From an uncultured Chloroflexia bacterium (GTDB lineage: Bacteria; Chloroflexota; Limnocylindria; Limnocylindrales; CSP1-4), in assembly GCA_963766735.1 (NCBI GenBank), contig CAVYBU010000027.1:1-64000 (forward strand): DNA of 64,000 nt, given 5' to 3'. A program made the translations under genes and the position numbers. How positions within the stretch are numbered: the first letter of the stretch is position 1; the number at the start of each line of letters is the position of its first letter. Positions 10,130-20,049 of this stretch are shown here, in pieces. The notes below the pieces were generated by a model that was given only the letters and a program-made list of their open reading frames with translations, did no database searches and was not told the origin of the DNA.

Positions 10130-10893
10130 GCGACGGAGAGGTCCGGGCCGCACTCTCGATCCAGGGCCTGCACAAGTCCTTCGGCGACCTGGAGGTGCTC
10201 CGCGGTATCGATCTCGAGGTGGCCGAACATGAGGTCATCGCGCTCATCGGCGCCTCGGGGAGCGGCAAGTCCACGCTCCTGCGCTGCATCAACCTGATCG
10301 AGCCGATCGATGCCGGCCGCATCCTCATCGAAGGCGACGAGATCACCGCGCGGGACGTGAAGGTCGACCTGATCCGCCGGCGGATCGGCATCGTGTTCCA
10401 GGCGTTCAACCTGTTCCCGCACATGAGCGTGCTGGACAACGTCACGCTCGCCCCGCGCAAGGTGCTGCGACAACCGGCAGCCGACGCGGAGCGTGCCGCG
10501 AAGGCGTTGCTGGAGCGCTTCGGGCTGGCCGAGAAGGCCGGCGAGTTCCCGGACCGGCTCTCCGGCGGGCAGCAGCAGCGCGTGGCGATCGTGCGGGCGC
10601 TGGCGATGCAGCCGGACCTCCTCCTCCTGGACGAGGTCACGTCGGCCCTGGACCCGGAGTTGGTGGCGGAGGTCCTCAACGTCATCCGGGAGCTGGCGGC
10701 CGGCGGCATGACGATGCTGATCGCCACCCACGAGATGGCCTTTGCCCGGGATATCGCGAACAGGGTCTGCTTCCTGGATGCCGGCCGGATCCTGGAGCAG
10801 GGGACACCGGAACAGATCTTCGAGCAGCCCCGGGAGGCGCGGACGCGCCAGTTCCTGAACCGGATCATCGAGGCGGGTCGGCTGCAGGTCTGA
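10126..10893 (+). CDS. Amino-acid ABC transporter ATP-binding protein
   Basis: GASGSGKS, LSGGQQQR, LLLDEVTSALDPE; GlnQ-like. Confidence 0.96.
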   Translation: MSDGEVRAALSIQGLHKSFGDLEVLRGIDLEVAEHEVIALIGASGSGKSTLLRCINLIEPIDAGRILIEGDEITARDVKVDLIRRRIGIVFQAFNLFPHMSVLDNVTLAPRKVLRQPAADAERAAKALLERFGLAEKAGEFPDRLSGGQQQRVAIVRALAMQPDLLLLDEVTSALDPELVAEVLNVIRELAAGGMTMLIATHEMAFARDIANRVCFLDAGRILEQGTPEQIFEQPREARTRQFLNRIIEAGRLQV

Positions 10894-10933
10894 ACGTTCC
10901 TTGCCGCGTCGCGCGGTTCGTGGCATGCGCCAC

Positions 10934-11695
10934 TCAGCGGTCGAGCAGCGGACCCCGGCACGCGTCCACGAAGAACGAGAACAGCCGCTCGAAGGCCTTC
11001 GGCGTGGATTCCGTTCGCTCGGGATGGCATTGCACGGCCATCCGGAAGGGACCCTCCCGGCCCTCGAACGCCTCGACGAGGTCCCCGGCCGGGCTGGGCG
11101 ACCACGCCGCCGGCAGGTAGCGCGGAGACAGGTCTGCCGCCCGGACCGCCTGGTGGTGGTAGCTGTTCACGGTCAGGACAGTGCCGCCCACGCCGGACGG
11201 CGACAGGATCCGCGCCAGTCGCGTCCCTGGGACCAGTCGCAGCGGGTGGGTGAGCGCCGGGCCGTGTCCCCAGCCGTGACCCACGTGCCCGTCGACGTGC
11301 TGCAGGAGCGAGCCGCCTCCGAAGATGTTCATGGCCTGGAGGCCGCGGCAGATGCCGAGGACCGGGATGCCGCGCGCGTCTGCGGCGGCCCAGGCGGCCG
11401 CCTCCAGCTCGTCCCGGTCCGGCATCATGCCCACGGAGCCCAGGATCGCGGCCCCATAACGCTCGGGTTCGAAGTCCGCGCCGCCGGTCAGCAGGAGCCC
11501 GTCCATCGTCGCGAACGCCGCGGCGCGCTCCGAGGCGGACGATTCCGGGCCGAGCGCGATCACCGCGGCACCGTGACGCGCCATCGAGTCCACGTACAGC
11601 GCGTTCTTGCGGACGGCGATCGCGGGCTCAGCCTGGCGCGCGGCGTCCATGAGCGTGACGACGACCCGGGGCACGGGCCCGGAGGCAGGCGACAT
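10934..11695 (-). CDS. Gamma-glutamyl-gamma-aminobutyrate hydrolase family (peptidase C26)
   Basis: GLLLTGGAD, LGICRGLQ, VNSYHHQAV, VQCHPE. Confidence 0.93.
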   Translation of the reverse strand: MSPASGPVPRVVVTLMDAARQAEPAIAVRKNALYVDSMARHGAAVIALGPESSASERAAAFATMDGLLLTGGADFEPERYGAAILGSVGMMPDRDELEAAAWAAADARGIPVLGICRGLQAMNIFGGGSLLQHVDGHVGHGWGHGPALTHPLRLVPGTRLARILSPSGVGGTVLTVNSYHHQAVRAADLSPRYLPAAWSPSPAGDLVEAFEGREGPFRMAVQCHPERTESTPKAFERLFSFFVDACRGPLLDR

Positions 11696-11749
11696 GCGCG
11701 GAAGGATACCCGGCCGCACCCCTGCTCTCGTTCCCGTCTCCGGCCCCGA

Positions 11750-12301
11750 TCAACCCCCGCTTTCGTCCGGGGGCGGGCTCTCGGGCTCGTACTCCTCGTC
11801 GTCGCTCGGGGCGGGCGTGACCTCCTCGCCGCTCTCCCCATCGTCGAACGGGGGCACATACTCCCGGCCCGGAAGGATCTGCAGCACCCAGCCGGCCTGG
11901 AGCAGATCCGGCCTGTACTCCGCAGATTCCGGGTCCAGGGATGGATACGTCGCCCGGTTCCAGTAGGCGATGCTCCGCCCGTCCGTCTGGTGCCTCCGCG
12001 CGATCCGGACCAGGGTGTCGCCGCGGACGACGACGTAGGCCACGAACGTCGGTTCGGGCGTGGGCGTTGGGGGTCCGGGCGTCGGCGTCGGCGTCGGTTC
12101 GGGCGTTGGCGCAGGGCGTGGGGGTCGGGGTCGGCTCGGGCGTGGGCCGCACGGACGCGGGCAGGCATCCGCCGAGCGCCACGAGGCAGGCAAGCACGAG
12201 GAGCCCGACGGCAATCGGAGATCGGCGAGAGTGCGGCTCAGCGGCGCACGGCGAATCTCCGTGTGCCCTGGCCTGAGGGACCGCGAACGATTCTCGATCA
12301 T
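11750..12301 (-). CDS. LysM-domain lipoprotein (frameshift near 12115; start uncertain)
   Basis: Lipobox LVALGGC and PT linker in one frame; YVVVRGDTLVRIARRH..IAYWN..LQAGWVLQI LysM in the other. Confidence 0.75.
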   Translation of the reverse strand: MIENRSRSLRPGHTEIRRAPLSRTLADLRLPSGSSCLPASWRSADACPRPCGPRPSRPRPPRPAPTPEPTPTPTPGPPTPTPEPTFVAYVVVRGDTLVRIARRHQTDGRSIAYWNRATYPSLDPESAEYRPDLLQAGWVLQILPGREYVPPFDDGESGEEVTPAPSDDEEYEPESPPPDESGG

Positions 12302-12303
12302 CG

Positions 12304-15171
12304 TCAGGCGGTGTCCACCGTCGGGGGATCGACCGGGGTCGGCTCGGAGAGGGTGAACTCGGCGGCGAGGGCGAGGCCCTCCTCGGCCGTCGCCACGCGC
12401 CCGCGGCCTCGCCGCTTGGCCACGAAGCACGCCCGGTCGGCGGCGAGGAGCACCGCCTCCGTGTTGATGCCGTCCGCCGGGAAGGACGCCGTGCCGATGG
12501 AGGCCGAGATGTGCAGCCCCTCGGCGGCCCATGGAGTCCCGGGTCCTCCTGCCGCCGCCACGGCCGCTCCGACGCGCTCGGCGACGGGGGTGAGCCCCCC
12601 GGGGTCACTGCGCGCCAGGATGATCGCGAACTCGTCCCCGCCGTACCGGAACACGGTGTCCGATTCGCGGGCCGAGCCCAGGATCGCCATCGCGACCTCG
12701 CGCAGCAGCCTGTCACCGACCTGGTGGCCCAGGGAGTTGTTGACCGCGCTGAACTCGTCCAGGTCGATCATCACCAGCCCGAACGGTTCCCGCGACGCGA
12801 TGCTCCGCTCCAGCCGGTCCTTGAACGCGCCATGGTTCAGGAGCCCCGTGAGGGTGTCGGTGCGTGCCCTGACCTCGGCCGCCTGGAAGATCTCTGCATT
12901 GCGCAGCGCGATGGACACCTGCGCCGCGAACAGCTTGACGAGTTCGAACTCCTCCGCGTTGAACCGGACGGCCGTCCCGAGGCGCTCCAGGGTGAGCACG
13001 CCGACGGCGCCGGCCGGCCCCAGCAGCGGAACGACGATCAGGCTGCCCTCGATCTCCCCGGTGGCCCGGAAGTGGTTCACGCGCGGGTCATCCCGCTCGT
13101 CCTCGATCAGGACGGGCTCGTTGTGGTCCACGACCCAGGTGGCGATTCCCGTCTCGCCCGGCTCCCACGGTGCCAGGAATTCGTCGGCGTGGGTGCCGCG
13201 CGCGGTCAACGGCACGAGCAGGCCGGTGGGCAAGTCCACCACCTCGATCGCGATGTTGTCGCACTGGATGAGGGAGCCCAGCCGGTCTGTGATCTGCTCC
13301 AATACGCCCCGCGGGTCCAGCGTGGTCAGGATGGCCTCCGTCGTTCGCAGGAGCTCTTCCTGGGCTCGGAGCCGGCGCTCAAGGGCGCTCGACTGCTCGC
13401 GAAGCCGGGCCGTGGCATCCGCGTTCGCCATCGCCTGACCCGCGAACGTTGCGTAGATCATCAGCAGCCGCAGGTCGTCGTCGGTGAACTGACGGAGACC
13501 CTGCTTGGACAGCACGACCACGCCGAGGCACGTTCCCTCGTGGACCATGGGCGCGAGCAGCATCGACTCGTCGGCCTCCGCGTCCGTGCCTGGGATCGTG
13601 ATGGCCCTGGGGTCGTTGGCCGTGTCGTCCACCAGCTGCGGCACGCGGTACCGGGCAACCCATCCCGTGATCCCCTCGCCCACTGCGACGGCCAGGCTGT
13701 CGGCTGTCTCGTCGGAGTAGGCGTCGCCGTGTCCCAGCATCGCGACCGGGATCAGGTCCTGGTCGCGGACCCGGTAGACGCGCACGTTCTCGTAGTCGAT
13801 GAGCTGGCTGAGCTCGGTCGCGATCGTGTGGCCGATCGCGCCGACCTCGGTGAGCCCCGATAGCCGCCCGCCGAGACGCTGGATCGACTGGAGCTGGGCC
13901 GCCCACGCAGCCATCCGTCCGAAGGTGCGGGCAGACCTCACCGCGACGGCCGCGTCACCCGCCAGAGCCTCCGCCGCGTCGATGTCCACCTCGCCCCAGC
14001 GGTGGGCCCTCACATGACCGAGGTACAGCATGCCGTGGTGCTCATGGCCGTCCACCAGCGGCGCCGCGACCAGCGACTCGAGGCCCTCCTGGATCGCCGC
14101 TGCGCGGACCGGGCTACCGCGACGCGCGGCGTCTGCGCCAAGCAGCACGACCGGCCGGCGCGCGGGGATCTCCTGCTGGCCCTGCCGGGCCTCCTCGACA
14201 CCGCGGGCGAGTTCCACGAAGGACTCGGAGAAGCCGACGTTCCCGGGCGACGAGACGCGGCCCTCGGGGTCCCGCAGGATCACGGCGACATGGTCCGCGC
14301 CGAACAGGACGCGGGCGTGATCGCTGAGGTCACGGAGGACGTCGCTCACGTCCAGTCTCGACGCGAGGTCCGTGGCGATCCGGCGCAGCGCCTCCGAACG
14401 GCGGAGACGTCCCGATGCCTGCTCCGCTGCGGTCGCCCCGCGGACCAGGACCCCGAGCGTCCGCGCGATCGCACCGGCCAGCCGCTGACCGTCGTCGTGG
14501 CCCAGCTGCATGGCGCCCGCAAGGACGAGCACGCCCCAGGCCGCCTCGCCACCGGGGATCCGGACGACCAGTTCGTCCGTGCCCATGCCGAGGACGGGTG
14601 CGGGGCCCTCGACACCGGGTCGCGCGTGGATCGGGGTGGGTGACTCGAGGGCGAGGGTGAACAGGTTGCGCCCGGGTCTCACGGTCCGCGCCGCGGTCTT
14701 GCCGGAACCCTCGACGTCCGTCGCGCGTGGCACCAGCCCTCCTGGCCGCCGCTCCCAGATCCCGACGAGAGCCGCGCCGGTGACCTGGCGGATGTGCCTG
14801 CAGGCCTCGTCCAGGGCTGGGTCCAGCCCGGAGGGGAACGACGCTATCTCGGCCAGGTCGGCGAGCAGGTCCAGGCCCGCGGGAGAGTCCGTGAGCATCG
14901 TGGCGTCCGCGGCGCCTCGTCGAGACCCCCTGGACGGCGCCTGTCCCTCCTCGGGAACGGGCGCGCCGGCCGTGGCGGCCGTCAGGAACCGCTGGAGGTC
15001 AGCCGGGCGGTATCGCCGATCGCCACGGTCGTTGATCCGGTAGTAGCGAAGACGGCCTGCGTCGCTCCACGCCCTGACCGTGTTCGGGTGCACGCCGAGA
15101 ACGCGCGCCGCCTTCGTGACCGAGAGCGTCGCATCACCGGGGCGAGGGGTCTTGTTCGCCGATGCAGGCAT
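12304..15171 (-). CDS. Diguanylate cyclase with N-terminal MerR/excisionase-like HTH and multiple GAF domains
   Basis: LSVTKAARVLGVHPNTVRAWSDAGRL..GDRRY HTH; about four GAF repeats; DTLTGLLN and RESDTVFRYGGDEF. Confidence 0.92.
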   Translation of the reverse strand: MPASANKTPRPGDATLSVTKAARVLGVHPNTVRAWSDAGRLRYYRINDRGDRRYRPADLQRFLTAATAGAPVPEEGQAPSRGSRRGAADATMLTDSPAGLDLLADLAEIASFPSGLDPALDEACRHIRQVTGAALVGIWERRPGGLVPRATDVEGSGKTAARTVRPGRNLFTLALESPTPIHARPGVEGPAPVLGMGTDELVVRIPGGEAAWGVLVLAGAMQLGHDDGQRLAGAIARTLGVLVRGATAAEQASGRLRRSEALRRIATDLASRLDVSDVLRDLSDHARVLFGADHVAVILRDPEGRVSSPGNVGFSESFVELARGVEEARQGQQEIPARRPVVLLGADAARRGSPVRAAAIQEGLESLVAAPLVDGHEHHGMLYLGHVRAHRWGEVDIDAAEALAGDAAVAVRSARTFGRMAAWAAQLQSIQRLGGRLSGLTEVGAIGHTIATELSQLIDYENVRVYRVRDQDLIPVAMLGHGDAYSDETADSLAVAVGEGITGWVARYRVPQLVDDTANDPRAITIPGTDAEADESMLLAPMVHEGTCLGVVVLSKQGLRQFTDDDLRLLMIYATFAGQAMANADATARLREQSSALERRLRAQEELLRTTEAILTTLDPRGVLEQITDRLGSLIQCDNIAIEVVDLPTGLLVPLTARGTHADEFLAPWEPGETGIATWVVDHNEPVLIEDERDDPRVNHFRATGEIEGSLIVVPLLGPAGAVGVLTLERLGTAVRFNAEEFELVKLFAAQVSIALRNAEIFQAAEVRARTDTLTGLLNHGAFKDRLERSIASREPFGLVMIDLDEFSAVNNSLGHQVGDRLLREVAMAILGSARESDTVFRYGGDEFAIILARSDPGGLTPVAERVGAAVAAAGGPGTPWAAEGLHISASIGTASFPADGINTEAVLLAADRACFVAKRRGRGRVATAEEGLALAAEFTLSEPTPVDPPTVDTA

Positions 15172-15249
15172 GGAGGATTTGTCAAGCATGATGGGTACCG
15201 CCGAGAGGTTCAACGACTTCACAGGAGTTGCCAATAGGACAATGTTCCC

Positions 15250-15261
15250 ATCCACGTGGAT
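15250..15261. promoter_or_regulatory. Perfect 12-bp palindrome upstream of the cyclase
   Basis: ATCCACGTGGAT in an AT-richer intergenic stretch. Confidence 0.3.
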
Positions 15262-15314
15262 TCTGCGTCCGGCAACCCGAGCGCGGTGCCTCGGCGGTAC
15301 GGTCCCGCCTGGCC

Positions 15315-15656
15315 TCAGTTGCCGGGGCGCGACTCTCGGGGGCCGCCTGTCAAGCGGACGTAGAGCAGCGTCGCCAGGAGGCTTGCGAGGGCGATCCCGG
15401 CGACCAGCACGATTGCCGCCACCGGATCGCCCACCAGGCCCGGACCCTGGCCGCTGCTCCGCGGATCGCCGCCCGCGGCGGCCGTCGGCGCCGGCGATGC
15501 GGCGAGCGCGATGGCGGCGGATCCGAACAGGGGAATGACGAGCCCGAGGACGAGCCCGGAGGCGCGACCGAAGACCGCGATGATGACCGCGGACCAGCGA
15601 CGTGCCGCCGGCATCAACGGCCGCATGCCAGCCCACGGACGGCGCCCCCCGCTCAC
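15315..15656 (-). CDS. Small membrane protein
   Basis: Two hydrophobic segments flanking GGDPRSSGQGPGLVGDP; directly downstream of the 15658-16375 gene. Confidence 0.65.
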   Translation of the reverse strand: MSGGRRPWAGMRPLMPAARRWSAVIIAVFGRASGLVLGLVIPLFGSAAIALAASPAPTAAAGGDPRSSGQGPGLVGDPVAAIVLVAGIALASLLATLLYVRLTGGPRESRPGN

Positions 15657-15657
15657 G

Positions 15658-16375
15658 TCAGGCCACCGCGTCCACGACGGCCCAGAGCAGGCCGGCCATC
15701 ACCAGCAGGAAGCCACCGGCGAGGAGCAGCGGAGATCGCGATCGTGGTGCCCCGGCGCCCGCCGGCCAGGAGGCGCATCGCTTCCGCCGGCTCGAGCGTC
15801 GTGAGCACGAGCGGCCGACCGAGGCCGGGCCGAAGGATCGGGCCGCGCTCGGGGTCGATGGACGGCACGCCCAGGACCAGCGCGTGGTCGACGGAGCTCA
15901 CGTGCTCTACCCGGAGGCGAACCGGCGTCGCCGGGTCCGTGCCAGGTGGCACTCGGTCCGGGATCTCGCCCGCGGTGCCCTCTGACTCGCGCGTCATCAC
16001 CACCAGCCCCTCGTCCAGGGTATCGGCGTCGACTGCCATCGCCTCCAGGCCGCCCGCAATCTCGAACGGCACGACGTCCCGGCGGTCCTCGACAGCCGTC
16101 CATCCCGATCCCCGGTGCAGCTCCAGCCGCGTCCGCCGGAAGACCAATGGCCGCCCGGACTCGTCCTCGAACTCCTGTGTGGAGCCGATCCGGCCGCCCA
16201 CGGCCACGTACCGGGGAGCGCCGCGTGCCGCCAGCTCGATCGCGCGGGCGACGGGGACAACCGGGGTGGCGGCCAGGATCCGCCCGATCCGGGCTCCAGG
16301 TCCAAGCCTTCGCATGAGCAGCCACCCGGCGGCGATCGCGACGATCCCGGCGAGGACAGGGAGAAGGGGGGTCAC
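15658..16375 (-). CDS. Hypothetical membrane protein (frameshift near 15727)
   Basis: N-terminal TM; C-terminal TM LLAGGFLLVMAGLLWAVVDAVA* appears after removing one base; TATCAT 6 nt before GTG. Confidence 0.7.
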
Positions 16376-16653
16376 CAGGCGATGATAGCCGCCGCGGCGG
16401 CCCGAACCCGGTCGACGACTCGTCGCCCTCGGCGGCGGCGGCTACGCGCGGCTAATGGTCAGCTCAGAATCAAAGACCCGAAGGAACCTACTCGACGCGT
16501 GGGCGTTGATGTCATCGCCACCGCTAGCATCGCTCAGCACCTTCGGGCCACCGTCAACGCTACGCGGGGCCCGGGAACCGGTCAATCCACTTATCCACCC
16601 CGCACCGCCCGATTGCGGACCAGTTGTCCACCATGCTTCCACCGCGACGACGG

Positions 16654-17226
16654 TCAGGCGGTCGTACGCCCTGTCCGTGGATCGAGTGCCCGGACCTGCC
16701 CGGAGAAGCTGGTGAGGACCAGGTGGCCGCCGACCAGCTCGGCGGCCGCGACCACGTCCGAGTGGGCCACGCGCCACGCAACCTCGCCGTCGGCCTCCAG
16801 CGCGAACGTCTCGATCTCGGCCTGGAGGAGCACGTGCGGCAGCCGCGATGAGCCGAGGATCGCGACGATCGGCGACGCGGAGCGATGACTCCACCGCAGC
16901 GCGCCCGTCCGCGCCTCGAACGCGTAGGCATGGAACCCGAACACGATCACCAGGAGCCCCTCGGTGTCCCACAGGATCCCCGCGGGTTCGTCGCTGATCG
17001 TGGAGGCGAGACGCGCGGTCCAGGGGCCGGTCGGTGTATCCACGCGTACCTCGGCGCGACACCGGAGGTCCGGGTCGGGTCCAGACACCTCGCCGTGATC
17101 CACCAGGGGCCCGCCCCGCTCGGTGAGCGCGAAGACCGCGGCCCCCTGCCCGCTGCCGGCCCACCGGAAGCTGGCCCGCAGCCCGCCGGGGAACGACACC
17201 ACCGCACGGCGCGGCTCGATCGTCAT
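16654..17226 (-). CDS. Hypothetical protein with PQQ-like beta-propeller repeats
   Basis: YAFEARTGALRW, FALEADGEVAW, RALDPRTG repeats. Confidence 0.7.
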   Translation of the reverse strand: MTIEPRRAVVSFPGGLRASFRWAGSGQGAAVFALTERGGPLVDHGEVSGPDPDLRCRAEVRVDTPTGPWTARLASTISDEPAGILWDTEGLLVIVFGFHAYAFEARTGALRWSHRSASPIVAILGSSRLPHVLLQAEIETFALEADGEVAWRVAHSDVVAAAELVGGHLVLTSFSGQVRALDPRTGRTTA

Positions 17227-17242
17227 GTGAGGACGCGCCCGG

Positions 17243-17818
17243 TCAGGTGCTGGCGTCCTGCAGCGTGGTGGACGGCTGGGCGGGACTCGATCCCTCCGCC
17301 AGGACGTCCGCCTGCCTCCGCTCCTCGCAGATCGGCGCGACGTGCGCGTTCGACAGCATGCGCAGGGTGGCGGGCGGGACCGGGAACACGGCCGTCGGCG
17401 TACCCGCTGCGGCCCAGACGACCTGGAAGCGCCCGAGAGCCGGATCCATGACGACGCGCATGACTCGTCCATGGCCGATTGGCGGGATGCCGCCGATCGT
17501 GAAACCGGTCAGCTCCCGGGCCTCGTTGGCGTTGGCGCGGCGGATGTCGGAAGCGCCGGTGACAGCGGCCAGGCGAGCGAGATCCACGCGGTTGGGACCG
17601 GACACCAGGCACAGGAACGGTTCCAGGGTGCCGTCATCGGCCGGAGCCACGAAGACCAGCGACTTGACGATCTGGCCCAGCTCTGCGCCGACGGCTGCGG
17701 CAGCCTCCTCCGCCGTGTGCGTCGAAGCTGCAAAGACGTGCACGTCGAGGGTCACGCCCTTGCGTGCGGCGGCGTCCACGACGCTCTGGATCGGGGCGGG
17801 GAAGCTGGAGTCCGGCAC
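17243..17818 (-). CDS. YbaK/EbsC family aminoacyl-tRNA deacylase
   Basis: THTAEEAA, QIVKSLVF, TGFTIGGIPPIGH, WAAAG. Confidence 0.93.
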   Translation of the reverse strand: MPDSSFPAPIQSVVDAAARKGVTLDVHVFAASTHTAEEAAAAVGAELGQIVKSLVFVAPADDGTLEPFLCLVSGPNRVDLARLAAVTGASDIRRANANEARELTGFTIGGIPPIGHGRVMRVVMDPALGRFQVVWAAAGTPTAVFPVPPATLRMLSNAHVAPICEERRQADVLAEGSSPAQPSTTLQDAST

Positions 17819-17882
17819 GGCGGCGAGAGTCTACACGAAGCGCGCCCGCGACCATCGTTGGCGACCGGGTACGATCCGGCCC

Positions 17883-18629
17883 ATGGGCAGCCCGTCGAAC
17901 CCCGGCCCCGGTGCCCCGCCGCCGGGTCGCCACGCTCTTGTCATCGCCGACGGCGACGTTCCCGTCCGCGCGGCGCTGGACGCGGCCTGGCCCGGCTGGG
18001 ATGCCGCGGTGGAGGACATCGTGGCGGCGGACGGCGGGCTCGCTCGCGCCCGCGCGATCGGCCTTCGGCCGGACGTCCTGGTCGGTGACCTGGACTCACT
18101 GGACCCGGCGCTTCTCGCGGCGGCCGAGGCCGACGGGATCCCGGTCAGGCGTGCCCGGGAGGACAAGGACGAATCGGACGCGGAGCTGGCGCTGTTGACG
18201 GCGATCGAGCGGGGCGCGACGCGGATCACGGTCCTGGGCGCGTTCGGGGGTCCCCGGCTGGACCACGCGCTCGCCAACCTCTGGCTCCTTGCGCACCCCG
18301 CGTTGGAGTCGGCCGCCACCGTCCTGCTGGACGAAGGCTCGCGGGTGTTCCTGGTCCAGGCGACGGACCCGGCTGGCGGACGGCTGACATGCGCCCTGCC
18401 CGGGCCTGTCGGCGCGACGATCACGTTGCTTCCATTCGGCGGTGACGTGGCCGGGATCACCACGGCGGGCCTCGCCTATCCGCTCCGCGACGAGCCTCTC
18501 ACCGTGGGTCCGGCCCGCGGCCTCTCGAACGTCCGGACGGGCGCGGACGCGGCGGTCACGGTCCGGTCCGGCCGGCTCCTGGTTGTTGAGTCCGCCTTCG
18601 CGCCCGCCCGGCTATCCTCCCGGTCATGA
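17883..18629 (+). CDS. thiN: Thiamine diphosphokinase
   Basis: VAADGG, VGDLDSL, KDESDAELAL, GGPRLDHALANL, GLAYPL, RGLSN. Confidence 0.93.
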   Translation: MGSPSNPGPGAPPPGRHALVIADGDVPVRAALDAAWPGWDAAVEDIVAADGGLARARAIGLRPDVLVGDLDSLDPALLAAAEADGIPVRRAREDKDESDAELALLTAIERGATRITVLGAFGGPRLDHALANLWLLAHPALESAATVLLDEGSRVFLVQATDPAGGRLTCALPGPVGATITLLPFGGDVAGITTAGLAYPLRDEPLTVGPARGLSNVRTGADAAVTVRSGRLLVVESAFAPARLSSRS

Positions 18630-19111
18630 GCATTCAGGTGGTCGGCGCCCTGGCCCCCGAGATCGCACTCCCCGATGAGAACGGCACGCTCCATCGCCTG
18701 GCCGACCGCCGCGGCTCCTGGACGGTCGTCTACTTCTACCCGAAGGACGACACGCCCGGCTGCACGACCGAGGCCTGCCAGTTCCGGGACCTCAATGCGG
18801 ACATCGAGGGGATGGACGCAGCCGTCTGGGGCGTCAGCCCGGACGGATCCGGAAGCCACGCGGCGTTCCGCGCGAAGTTCGGTCTCCCGTTCACCCTCCT
18901 GTCCGACATGGACCACGCCGTCTCGGAGGCGTACGGTGCCTGGCAGGAGAAGACCAACTACGGCAGGACGTACATGGGGATCGGCCGCTCCAGCTTCCTC
19001 GTGGACCCCGACGGCCGCATCGCGGCGGCGTGGCCGAAGGTGAAGGCCGACGGACACGCTGCGCAGGTCCTGGAGGCCATCCGTGCCGCGCGGGCGGCAC
19101 GCGATGCCTGA
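18626..19111 (+). CDS. bcp: Peroxiredoxin BCP/PrxQ
   Basis: YFYPKDDTPGCTTEAC, GVSPD, RSSFLVD. Confidence 0.95.
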   Translation: MSIQVVGALAPEIALPDENGTLHRLADRRGSWTVVYFYPKDDTPGCTTEACQFRDLNADIEGMDAAVWGVSPDGSGSHAAFRAKFGLPFTLLSDMDHAVSEAYGAWQEKTNYGRTYMGIGRSSFLVDPDGRIAAAWPKVKADGHAAQVLEAIRAARAARDA

Positions 19112-19239
19112 ACCGGGCACGAAGGAGGTCTCGCCCGTGGGGGGAGACGAGCGAGACCTTGATCCAGAACCTGGCACGCTGCCAACGTCCCGGTAACGGG
19201 GCTCCAACGCAACCGCAACGAAGCCCGCGAGGTCCGCAG

Positions 19240-20040
19240 ATGTCCGATGTGAACGCCCGCCGGTCGCACGCCTGGCGCCCGGAGCGCTTCATGGTCATCG
19301 CCGCCCACCCGGACGACGCCGACTTCGGGCCCGCGGCCACGGCCGCCCGCTGGATCGACGAGGGGTCAACCGGCTGGCTGGTGTGCTGCACGAGCGGCGA
19401 CGCGGGCGCGGACGACTGGCGGGCAGACCCGTTCGAGCTCGCCGCGGTCCGGGAGGCCGAGCAGCGGGCCGCCGCAGACGTGGTCGGCTACGCGGGCGTC
19501 AGCTTCCTGCATCAGCCTGACGGCGCCGTGTCCAACGACCTCGCACTCCGCGAGCTGCTGGTCCGGGAGATACGGACCATGCGCCCTGATGCCGTGCTGG
19601 CCGTGGACCCTGAGACCCTGTTCTACGGGGACGGGGGGGTCAACCACGCCGATCACCGGGCAGCCGGCCTCGCGGCGGTCGATGCGGTCTACCCGGCGGC
19701 ACGGAACGCGATGGCCTTCCCCTGGCTCGCACGGGACGGGCTTGAGCCGCACGTAGTCCGGCGCCTCTACCTCTTCTGGTCGAACCACTCGTCCGCGTGG
19801 GTCGACGTTACCGGCACCCTGGACCGCAAGATCGACGCCCTGCGTGCCCACGGGAGTCAGCTCCGCCACCCGGAGCGCCTGGAGCCGCGGATCCGCGAGT
19901 GGGCCCGTGAGGAAGGTGAGGCGATCGGGGTGGCGGCCGCAGAGGCCTTCCGCGTGATCGTCATCGAGGACGACGACGAAGAAGGGCCCACCCACGACAC
20001 CCCGCCGGACACGGAGGGCGCCGCGCCCGGTCCTGGCTGA
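19240..20040 (+). CDS. PIG-L family deacetylase
   Basis: AHPDD, TSGDAG, REAEQRAA, NHADH, ALRAHGSQ. Confidence 0.93.
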   Translation: MSDVNARRSHAWRPERFMVIAAHPDDADFGPAATAARWIDEGSTGWLVCCTSGDAGADDWRADPFELAAVREAEQRAAADVVGYAGVSFLHQPDGAVSNDLALRELLVREIRTMRPDAVLAVDPETLFYGDGGVNHADHRAAGLAAVDAVYPAARNAMAFPWLARDGLEPHVVRRLYLFWSNHSSAWVDVTGTLDRKIDALRAHGSQLRHPERLEPRIREWAREEGEAIGVAAAEAFRVIVIEDDDEEGPTHDTPPDTEGAAPGPG

Positions 20041-20049
20041 GAAACCCTC

